From assembly GCA_045645645.1 (NCBI GenBank), contig JAZRJE010000011.1, forward strand, positions 210-64,209: a stretch of DNA of 64,000 nt, read 5' to 3'. Shown here piece by piece: positions 8,452 through 15,759 of the stretch. Position 1 is the stretch's first letter. The number at the start of each line of letters is the position of its first letter. The DNA is from Candidatus Enterousia sp. GTDB taxonomy: Bacteria > Pseudomonadota > Alphaproteobacteria > Rs-D84. The notes beneath the pieces are model-generated. The model searched no databases. It worked only from the letters and a program-made list of their open reading frames with translations, and was not told the DNA's origin. Position numbers and translations under genes: made by a program.

Positions 8452-10170
8452 CTAGATAGAATAAGTCCCAACTATATTTACGGACAAAATTGTTGTCGAA
8501 TAAGGTTCATCTCCATGCAGTGTCCAAACAGGGACAGTCATGTCGTATGACGAACCAAGAATGTTTACAGATACATCACCAGAAAAACCAACCGAAGATT
8601 CAGAATAAACTTCATTCGGCAAACGAATTCTGTTTTTATTTATAAATATTGATTTTGTATTCCATATCCGCGCTGTAATTTTTTTGATTCTGGTGTGCTT
8701 GATATTATGACCTGATGCACGTAAAGGCAATGCAGATGCACACCATGAAATATTATATTTATTTGAATCCTGTTTTGCTGCAGACGAAAATCTTTCCAAT
8801 GAAAATATACCTTCGCGCTCAACAATAACATACGTTATATCATTTACGACACAGACAGATTTAAAATTACCATGTGTACTGTATCGTCCCCAGGCATTGA
8901 TACCCAGTGATGAATTCTTATTTAAAACAGCCATTGTACCATCCGACATGGTGACGTACAACTTGTGCCAGGTCGCATTATACGCAATATCAACAGGTGT
9001 CGTCATCATATGCTTAGAAAAAGCACATAAATCTGTGGCATTATATGATTCCCCCAGTTCATCAAGTGTCAATTCGCGTATATCCTGTAAATTATTTGAT
9101 ACAAATACTGTTGCGCCCTCGATACGCTGAGGTGGCAAATATGTTTCAGCAAAGGATCCCACTGATGTATGTTGCTTTATATTTACTGACGATGGAGTCA
9201 GTGGCTTATTAGAAACAGCCCATTCACCAACAGTTGTTAATATCTGTAAATTATCACCACTGACAACAGTACATATTTGTTGACGTTGCTGTGATAACAA
9301 TGTCAGGAAAATAGCTTCGTCGTCAAGACCTGTACCAACATCAAAATTTTTGTGTTGCGCAACCTTTGACATCCAAACCCCTGCAGGATATGACCGCGAA
9401 CCACCAAACACAAGTCTATCTTGGTGAAATGTAATACTGCATGGCCAACCACGTACTGTACTGAATGCCGCTTCGGCCCAATCTGTTACTGGTTTATTTG
9501 GTAAGGTATAACCACCATTAGTATATGCCAGAACTTGCGTGGGGCTGATATATTTATACACAACCCATTGTCTGTCAGCTAGCAATAATTCTGTACCAAC
9601 ATATTGTGTATTCCAAAAATCGCGACTTGTTGTAAAAGTAGCATAGTTATTACCTTGGTCGCTGCCTGATACTGTAATAGAAACATCTTGGACATCGTCA
9701 TATCGCATGAATGGCATATGTATATTCATATTACTGTCATCACGATCAAAAACAAAGTTGTTTAATACAAAGCCTGATGATGTTTTTTTTAAAATCTTTG
9801 GCTGTACATCTGGATGTACAAAAACCATTGAATCAAAACGTTGTGCATATTGTAATTTTGATAAGCTTTCTTGTGACCATGATGTTAGCAAACTTGCTAA
9901 GCGTACGCCTTCTGGAGAATACACCCATATATGCCCATCAGAAATTGCTAAAATATAATTTTCTGTTTCACTAACAGAAAAAGGTATTAATCGCGCACTA
10001 CTAGATAATGTCGCAAGCTGTATTAAACCATAACGACGTGTCATTGCACCGCTGTCTAAGACATCTAGGTTTTCCATATAAGATAAACCGTCTATATTAT
10101 CATGCGCGTAAAATTCTGGCGCGACTTCGCCATATGAAAAAGAGTTTTGGTTTTTTGAAAAGTTTGCCAT
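8452..10170 (-). CDS. Tail tubular protein B-like (T7 gp12-like)
   Basis: 572 aa. N-terminal 'FSYGEVAPEFYAHDNIDGLSYMENLDVLDSGAMTRRYGL' parallels the gp12 pattern 'GGISQQPDILRYPDQG...ETEGLQKRPPL'. It lies directly after the gp11-like gene. Confidence 0.5.
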   Translation of the reverse strand: MANFSKNQNSFSYGEVAPEFYAHDNIDGLSYMENLDVLDSGAMTRRYGLIQLATLSSSARLIPFSVSETENYILAISDGHIWVYSPEGVRLASLLTSWSQESLSKLQYAQRFDSMVFVHPDVQPKILKKTSSGFVLNNFVFDRDDSNMNIHMPFMRYDDVQDVSITVSGSDQGNNYATFTTSRDFWNTQYVGTELLLADRQWVVYKYISPTQVLAYTNGGYTLPNKPVTDWAEAAFSTVRGWPCSITFHQDRLVFGGSRSYPAGVWMSKVAQHKNFDVGTGLDDEAIFLTLLSQQRQQICTVVSGDNLQILTTVGEWAVSNKPLTPSSVNIKQHTSVGSFAETYLPPQRIEGATVFVSNNLQDIRELTLDELGESYNATDLCAFSKHMMTTPVDIAYNATWHKLYVTMSDGTMAVLNKNSSLGINAWGRYSTHGNFKSVCVVNDITYVIVEREGIFSLERFSSAAKQDSNKYNISWCASALPLRASGHNIKHTRIKKITARIWNTKSIFINKNRIRLPNEVYSESSVGFSGDVSVNILGSSYDMTVPVWTLHGDEPYSTTILSVNIVGTYSI

Positions 10171-10191
10171 TTTATGCTTCCATTTCTACAG

Positions 10192-10710
10192 TTAAAAACG
10201 TGTGTTTATCAGTGAAAAATTTTCTATACAGCTACTGGGGGCGGTTGCACTGTCTATAAATTTCGCCGATTGTAATTCTGTTTCATAAAGTGCTGCCAAC
10301 ATTCTAAAGATAGTCTGATCGCCCAACAATGGAACACAAAATTCTAGCGCTAATTTTGTTGCAGCTAATGAAATAAAATAACCTGGAAAACATTCTGTTT
10401 CGACACGACAAACAGCTAATATTTTTATTTTTTTTGCAGAAGAAAGTATTTTGTTTCCGCACACTTGACCATTTGATTTTAATATGCGTAATACATCCGC
10501 AGGTATGATAAATTCACCGCTTGTGTTTGCGACCAGTTCTAATTCCTTGGTTGCAAATCGCCATGGATGCAAAGACAACAATGCATTAACAACAGGATCA
10601 AACAAGGTACGTGCTAATTGAGATGATGCATTATCATCAGTTAATGACTGAATCGGTTTTTCACCGATTTTTAACAGCGCCATCGAACATAAATCTATTT
10701 TTGTAAGCAT
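10192..10710 (-). CDS. Tail tubular protein A / adaptor-like (T7 gp11-like)
   Basis: 172 aa. 'CSMALLKIGEKPIQSLTDDNASSQLARTLF...HPWRFA' parallels gp11 '[31 protein letters not shown]...RGWTFN'. Confidence 0.55.
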   Translation of the reverse strand: MLTKIDLCSMALLKIGEKPIQSLTDDNASSQLARTLFDPVVNALLSLHPWRFATKELELVANTSGEFIIPADVLRILKSNGQVCGNKILSSAKKIKILAVCRVETECFPGYFISLAATKLALEFCVPLLGDQTIFRMLAALYETELQSAKFIDSATAPSSCIENFSLINTRF

Positions 10711-10725
10711 TTTTCCACCATGATT

Positions 10726-10763
10726 TATTAAAAAATAATGGTGACGCAGAATACGTCACCATT
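10726..10763 (-). terminator. Intrinsic terminator after the capsid and 77-aa genes
   Basis: aatggtgacg/cgtcaccatt 10-bp stem. On the minus strand it is followed by aTTTTTT. Confidence 0.55.
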
Positions 10764-10789
10764 CATTATTAAGTTTTTACTTATATTTT

Positions 10790-11023
10790 TTATGCCAATG
10801 CACCAGTGGTTACATTGTTAGCAGTTATGTTGATTTTCTTGATTGATGTATTGTCTGAGGCATTAATAATTACAACATCCCCGATATTCATCAATGTTTT
10901 TACATCATTAAAATATCCTGTGGCTGTAATTGTTGCCATGGTTTCAGAAACAGATGCATAATGCCATAATGTAAAACCATTTGCGTATGCTATTACTGAC
11001 AAATTTTTATTTTGAAATGCCAT
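10790..11023 (-). CDS. Small phage head-module protein (hypothetical)
   Basis: 77-aa ORF 33 nt downstream of the capsid gene with RBS 'aaaggaaaa'. No motif recognised. Confidence 0.45.
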   Translation of the reverse strand: MAFQNKNLSVIAYANGFTLWHYASVSETMATITATGYFNDVKTLMNIGDVVIINASDNTSIKKINITANNVTTGALA

Positions 11024-11056
11024 ATATTTTTCCTTTGGTTGAAATTTTGTTTTACA

Positions 11057-11884
11057 TTAAGCAACTTGTGCATCTGTACATTTGACACGAACAATGCCAT
11101 CATTATCGATCAATACCGCCCCTTGGGACATGCTGTTGCTGATAAAGTGGGCCGCACGTTCGCCATGCCATGAAATATCAGACTTAACCTCTTGACCACA
11201 CGCATGACCGATGCTGGATGCATGATAAATAAAACAATCGCGCTTATCGTCTGTTACTGGCAAGCCATTATGCAAAACCCATGTGATACCCAACCATTTT
11301 TTAGATTCAAAACCATTTACTAATGGATTGGAATCACCAACATAGTCTGATGACACAAATTCATCCATCGACAACAATTCATTCCATTGACGCACACCAA
11401 CAACAGCGAATCTGCGACCATCATCTGGCACGTCATTGCTATTCAGAATTTCAACAGCAGATAAAATTAAATCTTTTGTTAATGATGTAGAATAATCACC
11501 AACAGATAATGTCGAATTATTCATTGCGTTAATAATTAACTCATCTGTCTTACGCCCCAATGCATATGCACCAGCTGATGCAACCACACGACGCTCATCA
11601 ATATTTGTTTTTAATTCATCTAAGGCATCAACCCAATCACCAGCATAATAATCTTGCAATAAACATTCTACTGGTTCATGGTTTAAATTCATCACAGGAA
11701 CAATCCCATGACGCGATTTTGTACTGGCAATACCCTTACCTACTTTCTGAAAAGTCGTTGAAGCACCAACAACACCAGACTTACTGCGTATTGTTGAGCG
11801 CAATTTTGTACCCATCTGTTGATAGGCCAAATGAACATCGGCTTCGAACTGTTTTACGAAAACCTGATCAATTGAAATTGACAT
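11057..11884 (-). CDS. Major capsid protein (T7 gp10-like)
   Basis: 275 aa. 'VFVKQFEADVHLAYQQ...RSKSGVVGASTTFQKVG' parallels gp10 'LFLKVFGGEVLTAFAR...RSISSGKSAQFPVLG'. It follows the scaffold gene. Confidence 0.6.
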   Translation of the reverse strand: MSISIDQVFVKQFEADVHLAYQQMGTKLRSTIRSKSGVVGASTTFQKVGKGIASTKSRHGIVPVMNLNHEPVECLLQDYYAGDWVDALDELKTNIDERRVVASAGAYALGRKTDELIINAMNNSTLSVGDYSTSLTKDLILSAVEILNSNDVPDDGRRFAVVGVRQWNELLSMDEFVSSDYVGDSNPLVNGFESKKWLGITWVLHNGLPVTDDKRDCFIYHASSIGHACGQEVKSDISWHGERAAHFISNSMSQGAVLIDNDGIVRVKCTDAQVA

Positions 11885-12012
11885 ACTTATTCCTTTACTT
11901 GATTAATAATAATGCGTAATATACGCGCAAATTTTTTGTGTTTTTGGTTATGCAATTAATGCGCCACAAACATAAAAATACAGTGGGGTCATTATGACTT
12001 ATCCACAAAAAA

Positions 12013-12045
12013 ATTCAGTCAGACTGTTACTTCATCTGACTGAAT
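12013..12045. terminator. Bidirectional intrinsic terminator (11-bp stem flanked by A7 and T7)
   Basis: attcagtcaga ... tctgactgaat with A-run upstream and T-run downstream. Confidence 0.65.
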
Positions 12046-12051
12046 TTTTTT

Positions 12052-12076
12052 AAAAACCCCAGACCTTTGTCTGGGG
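12052..12076 (-). terminator. Intrinsic terminator immediately after the Lys/Ala-repeat gene
   Basis: ccccagac-cttt-gtctgggg stem. On the minus strand it is followed by TTTTT. Confidence 0.6.
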
Positions 12077-12097
12077 CATATTATATATTTTTTTATA

Positions 12098-12352
12098 TTA
12101 TTTCTTTTTTGCGCATGCTTTTTTTGCAACTGGTTTCGCAACTACTTTTTTTGCGCATGCTTTTTTTGCAACTGGTTTCACAGCTACTTTTTTTGCAGGT
12201 GCTTTTTTGGCAACTGGTTTCACAACTACTTTTTTTGCAGGTGCTTTTTTTGCGACTGGTTTCGCAACTACTTTTTTTGCAGGTGCTTTTTTTGCAACTG
12301 GTTTCGCAGCTACTTTTTTTGCAGCTTTCTTTTTAAACAAACTAAATACCAT
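12098..12352 (-). CDS. Histone H1-like Lys/Ala/Pro-repeat protein (84 aa)
   Basis: MVFSLFKKKAA, then 5 x 14-aa units 'KKV(A/V)(A/V)KPVAKKA(P/C)A', then KKK. A strong SD (aaggagag) precedes ATG 12352. Confidence 0.7.
   Translation of the reverse strand: MVFSLFKKKAAKKVAAKPVAKKAPAKKVVAKPVAKKAPAKKVVVKPVAKKAPAKKVAVKPVAKKACAKKVVAKPVAKKACAKKK
12110..12319. repeat. 5 x 42-bp in-frame tandem repeat (coding)
   Basis: Near-identical 42-bp units visible directly in the sequence. They encode the KKVxxKPVAKKAxA unit. Confidence 0.9.
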
Positions 12353-12459
12353 TCTTTCTCTCCTTACATCATTTGTTATACGAACAAATTCTTTTTTGTT
12401 CTTACTGTGTATTTTATCTGAATCTAACAAAATAGTAAAGAAGAAAGTGATTTTTTTTC

Positions 12460-13137
12460 TTATGAATATAATTTTTTAAATCCATTTTCTATTTTACGAA
12501 CATATTCTGGATCATTGTCACGCCAATATTTTGGGTCACGCATCATACGACGTAAATCTGAATCTGTTAAATTTTTTGTTTCATTTTTTTCTGTTTGAAC
12601 ACTTGGTTCCATCGACTGCATCATTTTATAAACACTTTGAATTCCCTGGGCTGAGGAGCATAATTCTTCAAACGCATCTGATGGTAAAAATTTTTCTCCG
12701 AATGTTTTTATAGCTAACAATGCATCATTCATTTTTTCTTTTGATCCAAAAAAGTTTTTTAATTCATTAATTGCATTTGATTCTTTTTGCACTGCAAATA
12801 ATTCTGACACAACAGGTGATAAATAATCCGTTGCAATAGAATAAATTTTTTCAACCTGTGTTGTTGTCAATCCGATTTCATGAAATTTTTTTCGCAAATT
12901 TTCATCATCAAATACTTCATGATTTGGATATTCTTCCCCACTTTCTGGAACACCAATTGCACGATTAAAACGCTGCTTTACAGCATCGTCACTGTCTGCT
13001 GTGGGCACCGTTATCATTGTTCCAATTTTACGTTCTAGTTCTGAATAAGATTTCATTAAAGCATCGGCATTTAACGTTCCATCTGTATTTAAAAATTTTT
13101 CTGGAATTTTATCCATTTTCTTGTCCTTTGTTTTCAT
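12460..13137 (-). CDS. Capsid scaffolding protein (T7 gp9-like)
   Basis: C-terminal 'LRRMMRDPKYWRDNDPEYVRKIENGF' parallels gp9 'MIKAMSDPRYRTDANYRRQVEQKV'. It is acidic and helical. Start is uncertain (ATG 13137 or 13116). The longer ORF to 13290 is hydrophobic and overlaps the upstream gene. Confidence 0.6.
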   Translation of the reverse strand: MKTKDKKMDKIPEKFLNTDGTLNADALMKSYSELERKIGTMITVPTADSDDAVKQRFNRAIGVPESGEEYPNHEVFDDENLRKKFHEIGLTTTQVEKIYSIATDYLSPVVSELFAVQKESNAINELKNFFGSKEKMNDALLAIKTFGEKFLPSDAFEELCSSAQGIQSVYKMMQSMEPSVQTEKNETKNLTDSDLRRMMRDPKYWRDNDPEYVRKIENGFKKLYS

Positions 13138-13306
13138 TTGATTTGCGTAAAAAATAAATCCCACCAAGGGTAAATATAGATTGCATCGCGACAAAAATAT
13201 CACTATCACCAACAAGGTATGCGGTAATCGCAGATAGTATCCCAACCCCTGATATAATATAAGTTCGATGGCCAGATAAAAATCCACCATTAAAAAATTT
13301 ATTCAT
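13109..13306 (-). CDS. Small 2-TM membrane protein (holin-like by size, topology and position)
   Basis: 65 aa with two hydrophobic segments and a charged C-terminus, directly downstream of the muralytic enzyme gene. Confidence 0.45.
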   Translation of the reverse strand: MNKFFNGGFLSGHRTYIISGVGILSAITAYLVGDSDIFVAMQSIFTLGGIYFLRKSNENKGQENG

Positions 13307-13320
13307 TTAATAAAACCTTT

Positions 13321-13731
13321 TTATAAGTAAAACAACAAATCATCTATATCCAATATATAACCACGTGAACGTGCCCAATCTGGCATTACATCACTATGGT
13401 GAAAACAGGTTGCACCACGACACATATCTGGCAATGTACCCATAATCATGCGACCTGCAACACGTAAACACATTTGAAACCCACGACAAGTTGGCAAAAC
13501 ATTCAACAACGAATGTCTGGCAGAACTGGCGTCTAAAGAATTAAATAAATCTGGGTTATTTATAATACTACAAATATGTTGGCCTGTTAATTGTGACTTG
13601 TTTTGTATCATTGATGTCATTGCTTCCACTGCGGCTAATGATGAAGCCGATGTTTCTGCATAGACAATGCGTGCAATCTGATACAAAAGTTTTTTAGACG
13701 CATCTGGGTTTCTTATTAGTTTCAAATCCAT
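13321..13731 (-). CDS. Cell wall hydrolase, SleB/CwlJ (Hydrolase_2)-like
   Basis: 136 aa. 'IARIVYAETS...AVEAMTSMIQNK...NNPDLFNS' and 'GATCFHHSDVMPDWA' fit the family pattern (ARviYaE...NR...qF...AthFh...PsWa). Confidence 0.6.
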   Translation of the reverse strand: MDLKLIRNPDASKKLLYQIARIVYAETSASSLAAVEAMTSMIQNKSQLTGQHICSIINNPDLFNSLDASSARHSLLNVLPTCRGFQMCLRVAGRMIMGTLPDMCRGATCFHHSDVMPDWARSRGYILDIDDLLFYL

Positions 13732-13754
13732 ATCAAACTACCCCCAAAAAATTT

Positions 13755-13785
13755 AAAAAAAAAGTCGCCATTAAGGCGACTTTTA
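13755..13785. terminator. Bidirectional intrinsic terminator separating birA from the phage cluster
   Basis: agtcgcc-attaa-ggcgact stem with A9 upstream and T4 downstream (T9 on the minus strand). Confidence 0.6.
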
Positions 13786-13891
13786 AAGAAAAAAAAATCC
13801 CAACAAAAATGTTGAGATAGAACTTCCGCTTGTTACGCCATGTATTGTATCAGAAAATACCACGAAAGTCAAGCAAATAATTTTCAACCAA

Positions 13892-14587
13892 TCACTTATT
13901 TATATCTGGCATAGTTATTTCATCACCATAAACCAATAAATATCCATTTCCACGACGTAAAATTAATGCACCGTTTTCATTAATACCAATCAATTCTGCA
14001 GATGCACCATGATATATTACATCTTTATTTAAACCAACAACCAAATCTAACCATCGATTACGTACAAGTGCAAAATCAGTATTACGCCATACATCCATAT
14101 GATGCATTAAACGCCCCAATAAATCATTCGCAGATACATCTGTATACTTGTCTAGTTTTGTAGTCTGGTATTCTGCAACAGTAGGATTTGTTTTTACATT
14201 TATTCCAATACCAACAATTACATAATCACGACAATATTCAATTAAAATTCCACTAACTTTTTTATTATCTATCAATATGTCATTAGGCCATTTAATATTT
14301 GGCCTGATACCAAATGAAATTAGAGTTTCTGCAACTGCTACAGCAACTGCATACGACAATCGCCCATCACGAACATCTGCATCATATATAAAACTAACAT
14401 ATAAATTGCCATGATGAGAGATCCATCGACGTTTATATCGTCCACGCCCCGCACTTTGCGCCAATGCAACAACCGCTGTTTTATCAGCAGCTTTACCATG
14501 CACAACCATATCATAAGCTACGTCTTGGGTGCTAGGAATTTTATCATACGAAAAAACCTTATACCCTGCCAAGTTGATAAACCCCAT
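13892..14587 (-). CDS. birA: Biotin--[acetyl-CoA-carboxylase] ligase (group I, no HTH)
   Basis: 231 aa. 'QSAGRGRYKRRWIS' matches the GRGRxGRxW motif, and 'KWPNDILIDNKKVSGILIE' is present. Confidence 0.85.
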   Translation of the reverse strand: MGFINLAGYKVFSYDKIPSTQDVAYDMVVHGKAADKTAVVALAQSAGRGRYKRRWISHHGNLYVSFIYDADVRDGRLSYAVAVAVAETLISFGIRPNIKWPNDILIDNKKVSGILIEYCRDYVIVGIGINVKTNPTVAEYQTTKLDKYTDVSANDLLGRLMHHMDVWRNTDFALVRNRWLDLVVGLNKDVIYHGASAELIGINENGALILRRGNGYLLVYGDEITMPDINK

Positions 14588-15014
14588 TATTATTTATGAT
14601 AAATTCGCGCCCAAACATCTTGCGTAGCTGATATATAGCCGTATCGACGGCATGTGTAGATGCACTAGGGGCATACCCCAGCGCCACCTTTAAATCATTT
14701 AAACACATGCCACCAGATTGAAATAACGCAACAACAATCTGAGCTTGTACCCATGATAAAGATACAGATCGTTTAAATATCTGATCCAATATATGTTGGT
14801 TGTCCTGAGCCTTTATTATTAAAGCCTTTAATCCTATAGCTGAAATTGGTAACGATATATCCAGGTCATCTAAATTCAAATCCGTTACACAAGGAGTGTC
14901 CAAAACAACCGCATTCAAATCAGTCAATATTTGACGCCACACTGTATCTGATGAAAATATACGAATACCTGACAACATATATGCACAATACCTCATACAA
15001 TACGAATTGTCCAA
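14559..15014 (-). CDS. OmpR/PhoB-type winged-helix DNA-binding protein with a short non-canonical N-terminal domain
   Basis: C-terminal 'LSWVQAQIVVALFQ...LKVALGY...THAVDTAIYQLRKMFGREFIINNNGVYQLG' fits the Trans_reg_C pattern. Start codon is uncertain (TTG 15014, ATG 14996 or ATG 14978). Confidence 0.5.
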   Translation of the reverse strand: MDNSYCMRYCAYMLSGIRIFSSDTVWRQILTDLNAVVLDTPCVTDLNLDDLDISLPISAIGLKALIIKAQDNQHILDQIFKRSVSLSWVQAQIVVALFQSGGMCLNDLKVALGYAPSASTHAVDTAIYQLRKMFGREFIINNNGVYQLGRV

Positions 15015-15074
15015 TAAAAAACCACATGCGATTTCATGTGGCTTTTGGTGTCAAAAACTTTGAAATACTTTATA

Positions 15075-15320
15075 TTATTCACGTGCTGCTTCTTGGTTAT
15101 CAATGAATTTGGTAAAATCTTGAATTTTTGCACCCGTAGATGACAAAATCTTTGAAATACTGTTGGTAGATGGCCATCGTGGTTGACCTTCCTTGGACCA
15201 TCGTTTACTTCTATTAAACGTTGTGGGATCTAAACCACTGCATTTCGCCAAACCAGAACAAGACATTCCATGTTCGGTTGCAAAGCGTTCTATTGCCCGC
15301 CATACATCTTCGTGGGTCAT
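15075..15320 (-). CDS. CI/Cro-like HTH DNA-binding protein (81 aa)
   Basis: 'WRAIERFATEHGMSCSGLAKCSGLDPTTFNRSKR' is typical of phage-repressor N-terminal domains. Confidence 0.55.
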   Translation of the reverse strand: MTHEDVWRAIERFATEHGMSCSGLAKCSGLDPTTFNRSKRWSKEGQPRWPSTNSISKILSSTGAKIQDFTKFIDNQEAARE

Positions 15321-15490
15321 TTTTTCTCTCCTTCAATTGTTGCCAGAAATAACATTAATGTTCTAGCATACATTGATTTTATTCAACACCAGCAAGACTT
15401 ACAACAAGTACCATTTCCTAGGTTTTCCAGCATAACAGAAATCTTTACAAGAAAAAAAACGTATACAAAAAAAATTTTTTGACAAAATAC

Positions 15491-15519
15491 TTGACAAACA
15501 AAATTATCTGTATTATATT
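15491..15519 (+). promoter_or_regulatory. Sigma70-like promoter (TTGACA, 17 nt spacer, TATATT)
   Basis: Consensus -35 at 15491-15496 and -10 at 15514-15519. Confidence 0.5.
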
Positions 15520-15526
15520 TCGATTC

Positions 15527-15718
15527 GTCAAAGGAAGCAAAGCCGATGACCAGGTGTGAAAACATCTGTGGGGTCCAGGGATTCAGACTCCCTCCTACAT
15601 TCTCTCTCCTCTGGACTCTGGCCCCCAGAACATATTTTTAGAATGCCCAATTTCTTTTTCTCCTTTCCTTCCTTTCGGGGCATTCGGAAATACCGCTGGC
15701 AACAGCGGTGTTTTTTTT
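15527..15718 (+). ncRNA. Candidate about 190-nt small RNA, CU-rich, with its own promoter and terminator (family unknown)
   Basis: No credible ORF. The region is locally GC-rich and structured (ggggtccag...ctggac..cccc and gggattcagactccc). It has CU-rich tracts 'ccctcctacattctctctcctc' and 'ttctcctttccttcctttc' and a terminator accgctg-gcaa-cagcggt followed by T8 at 15692-15718. Confidence 0.45.
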
Positions 15719-15759
15719 ATAATTGACCAGCATAGACAATTTTTATTAAACTGCACTTG

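Larger units (their letters stand above)
685..13731. mobile_element. Podovirus-like (T7-supergroup-type) structural and lysis gene cluster. It is a cryptic prophage or domesticated phage-derived element, and its left limit is uncertain.
   Basis: Contiguous gp8-, gp9-, gp10-, gp11-, gp12- and TerL-like genes plus two muralytic enzymes. No integrase, internal core proteins or tail fibre were recognised in the window. Confidence 0.7.

Noticed and set aside
12067-12479. Plus-strand ORFs of 89 and 90 aa (LFLQ... and FFAGAFFATGF repeats) across the 42-bp repeat array. The array could also be mistaken for a CRISPR-like array.
   Set aside because: They are frame shadows of the minus-strand Lys/Ala-repeat gene, which has a strong SD and terminators. 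The repeats are contiguous with no spacers, so this is not CRISPR.
13138-13290. Long N-terminal hydrophobic extension of the scaffold ORF
   Set aside because: It overlaps, in another frame, the 65-aa 2-TM ORF. The gp9-like protein is acidic and soluble, so the internal ATG (13137 or 13116) is preferred.
15527-15718. Assignment of the candidate sRNA to SRP (4.5S) RNA or tmRNA
   Set aside because: The 'GGAAGCA' and 'ACCAGGU' elements occur in the wrong order for SRP helix 8. No tag-peptide reading frame or tRNA-like ends were seen. It is left as an unknown sRNA with 6S still possible.
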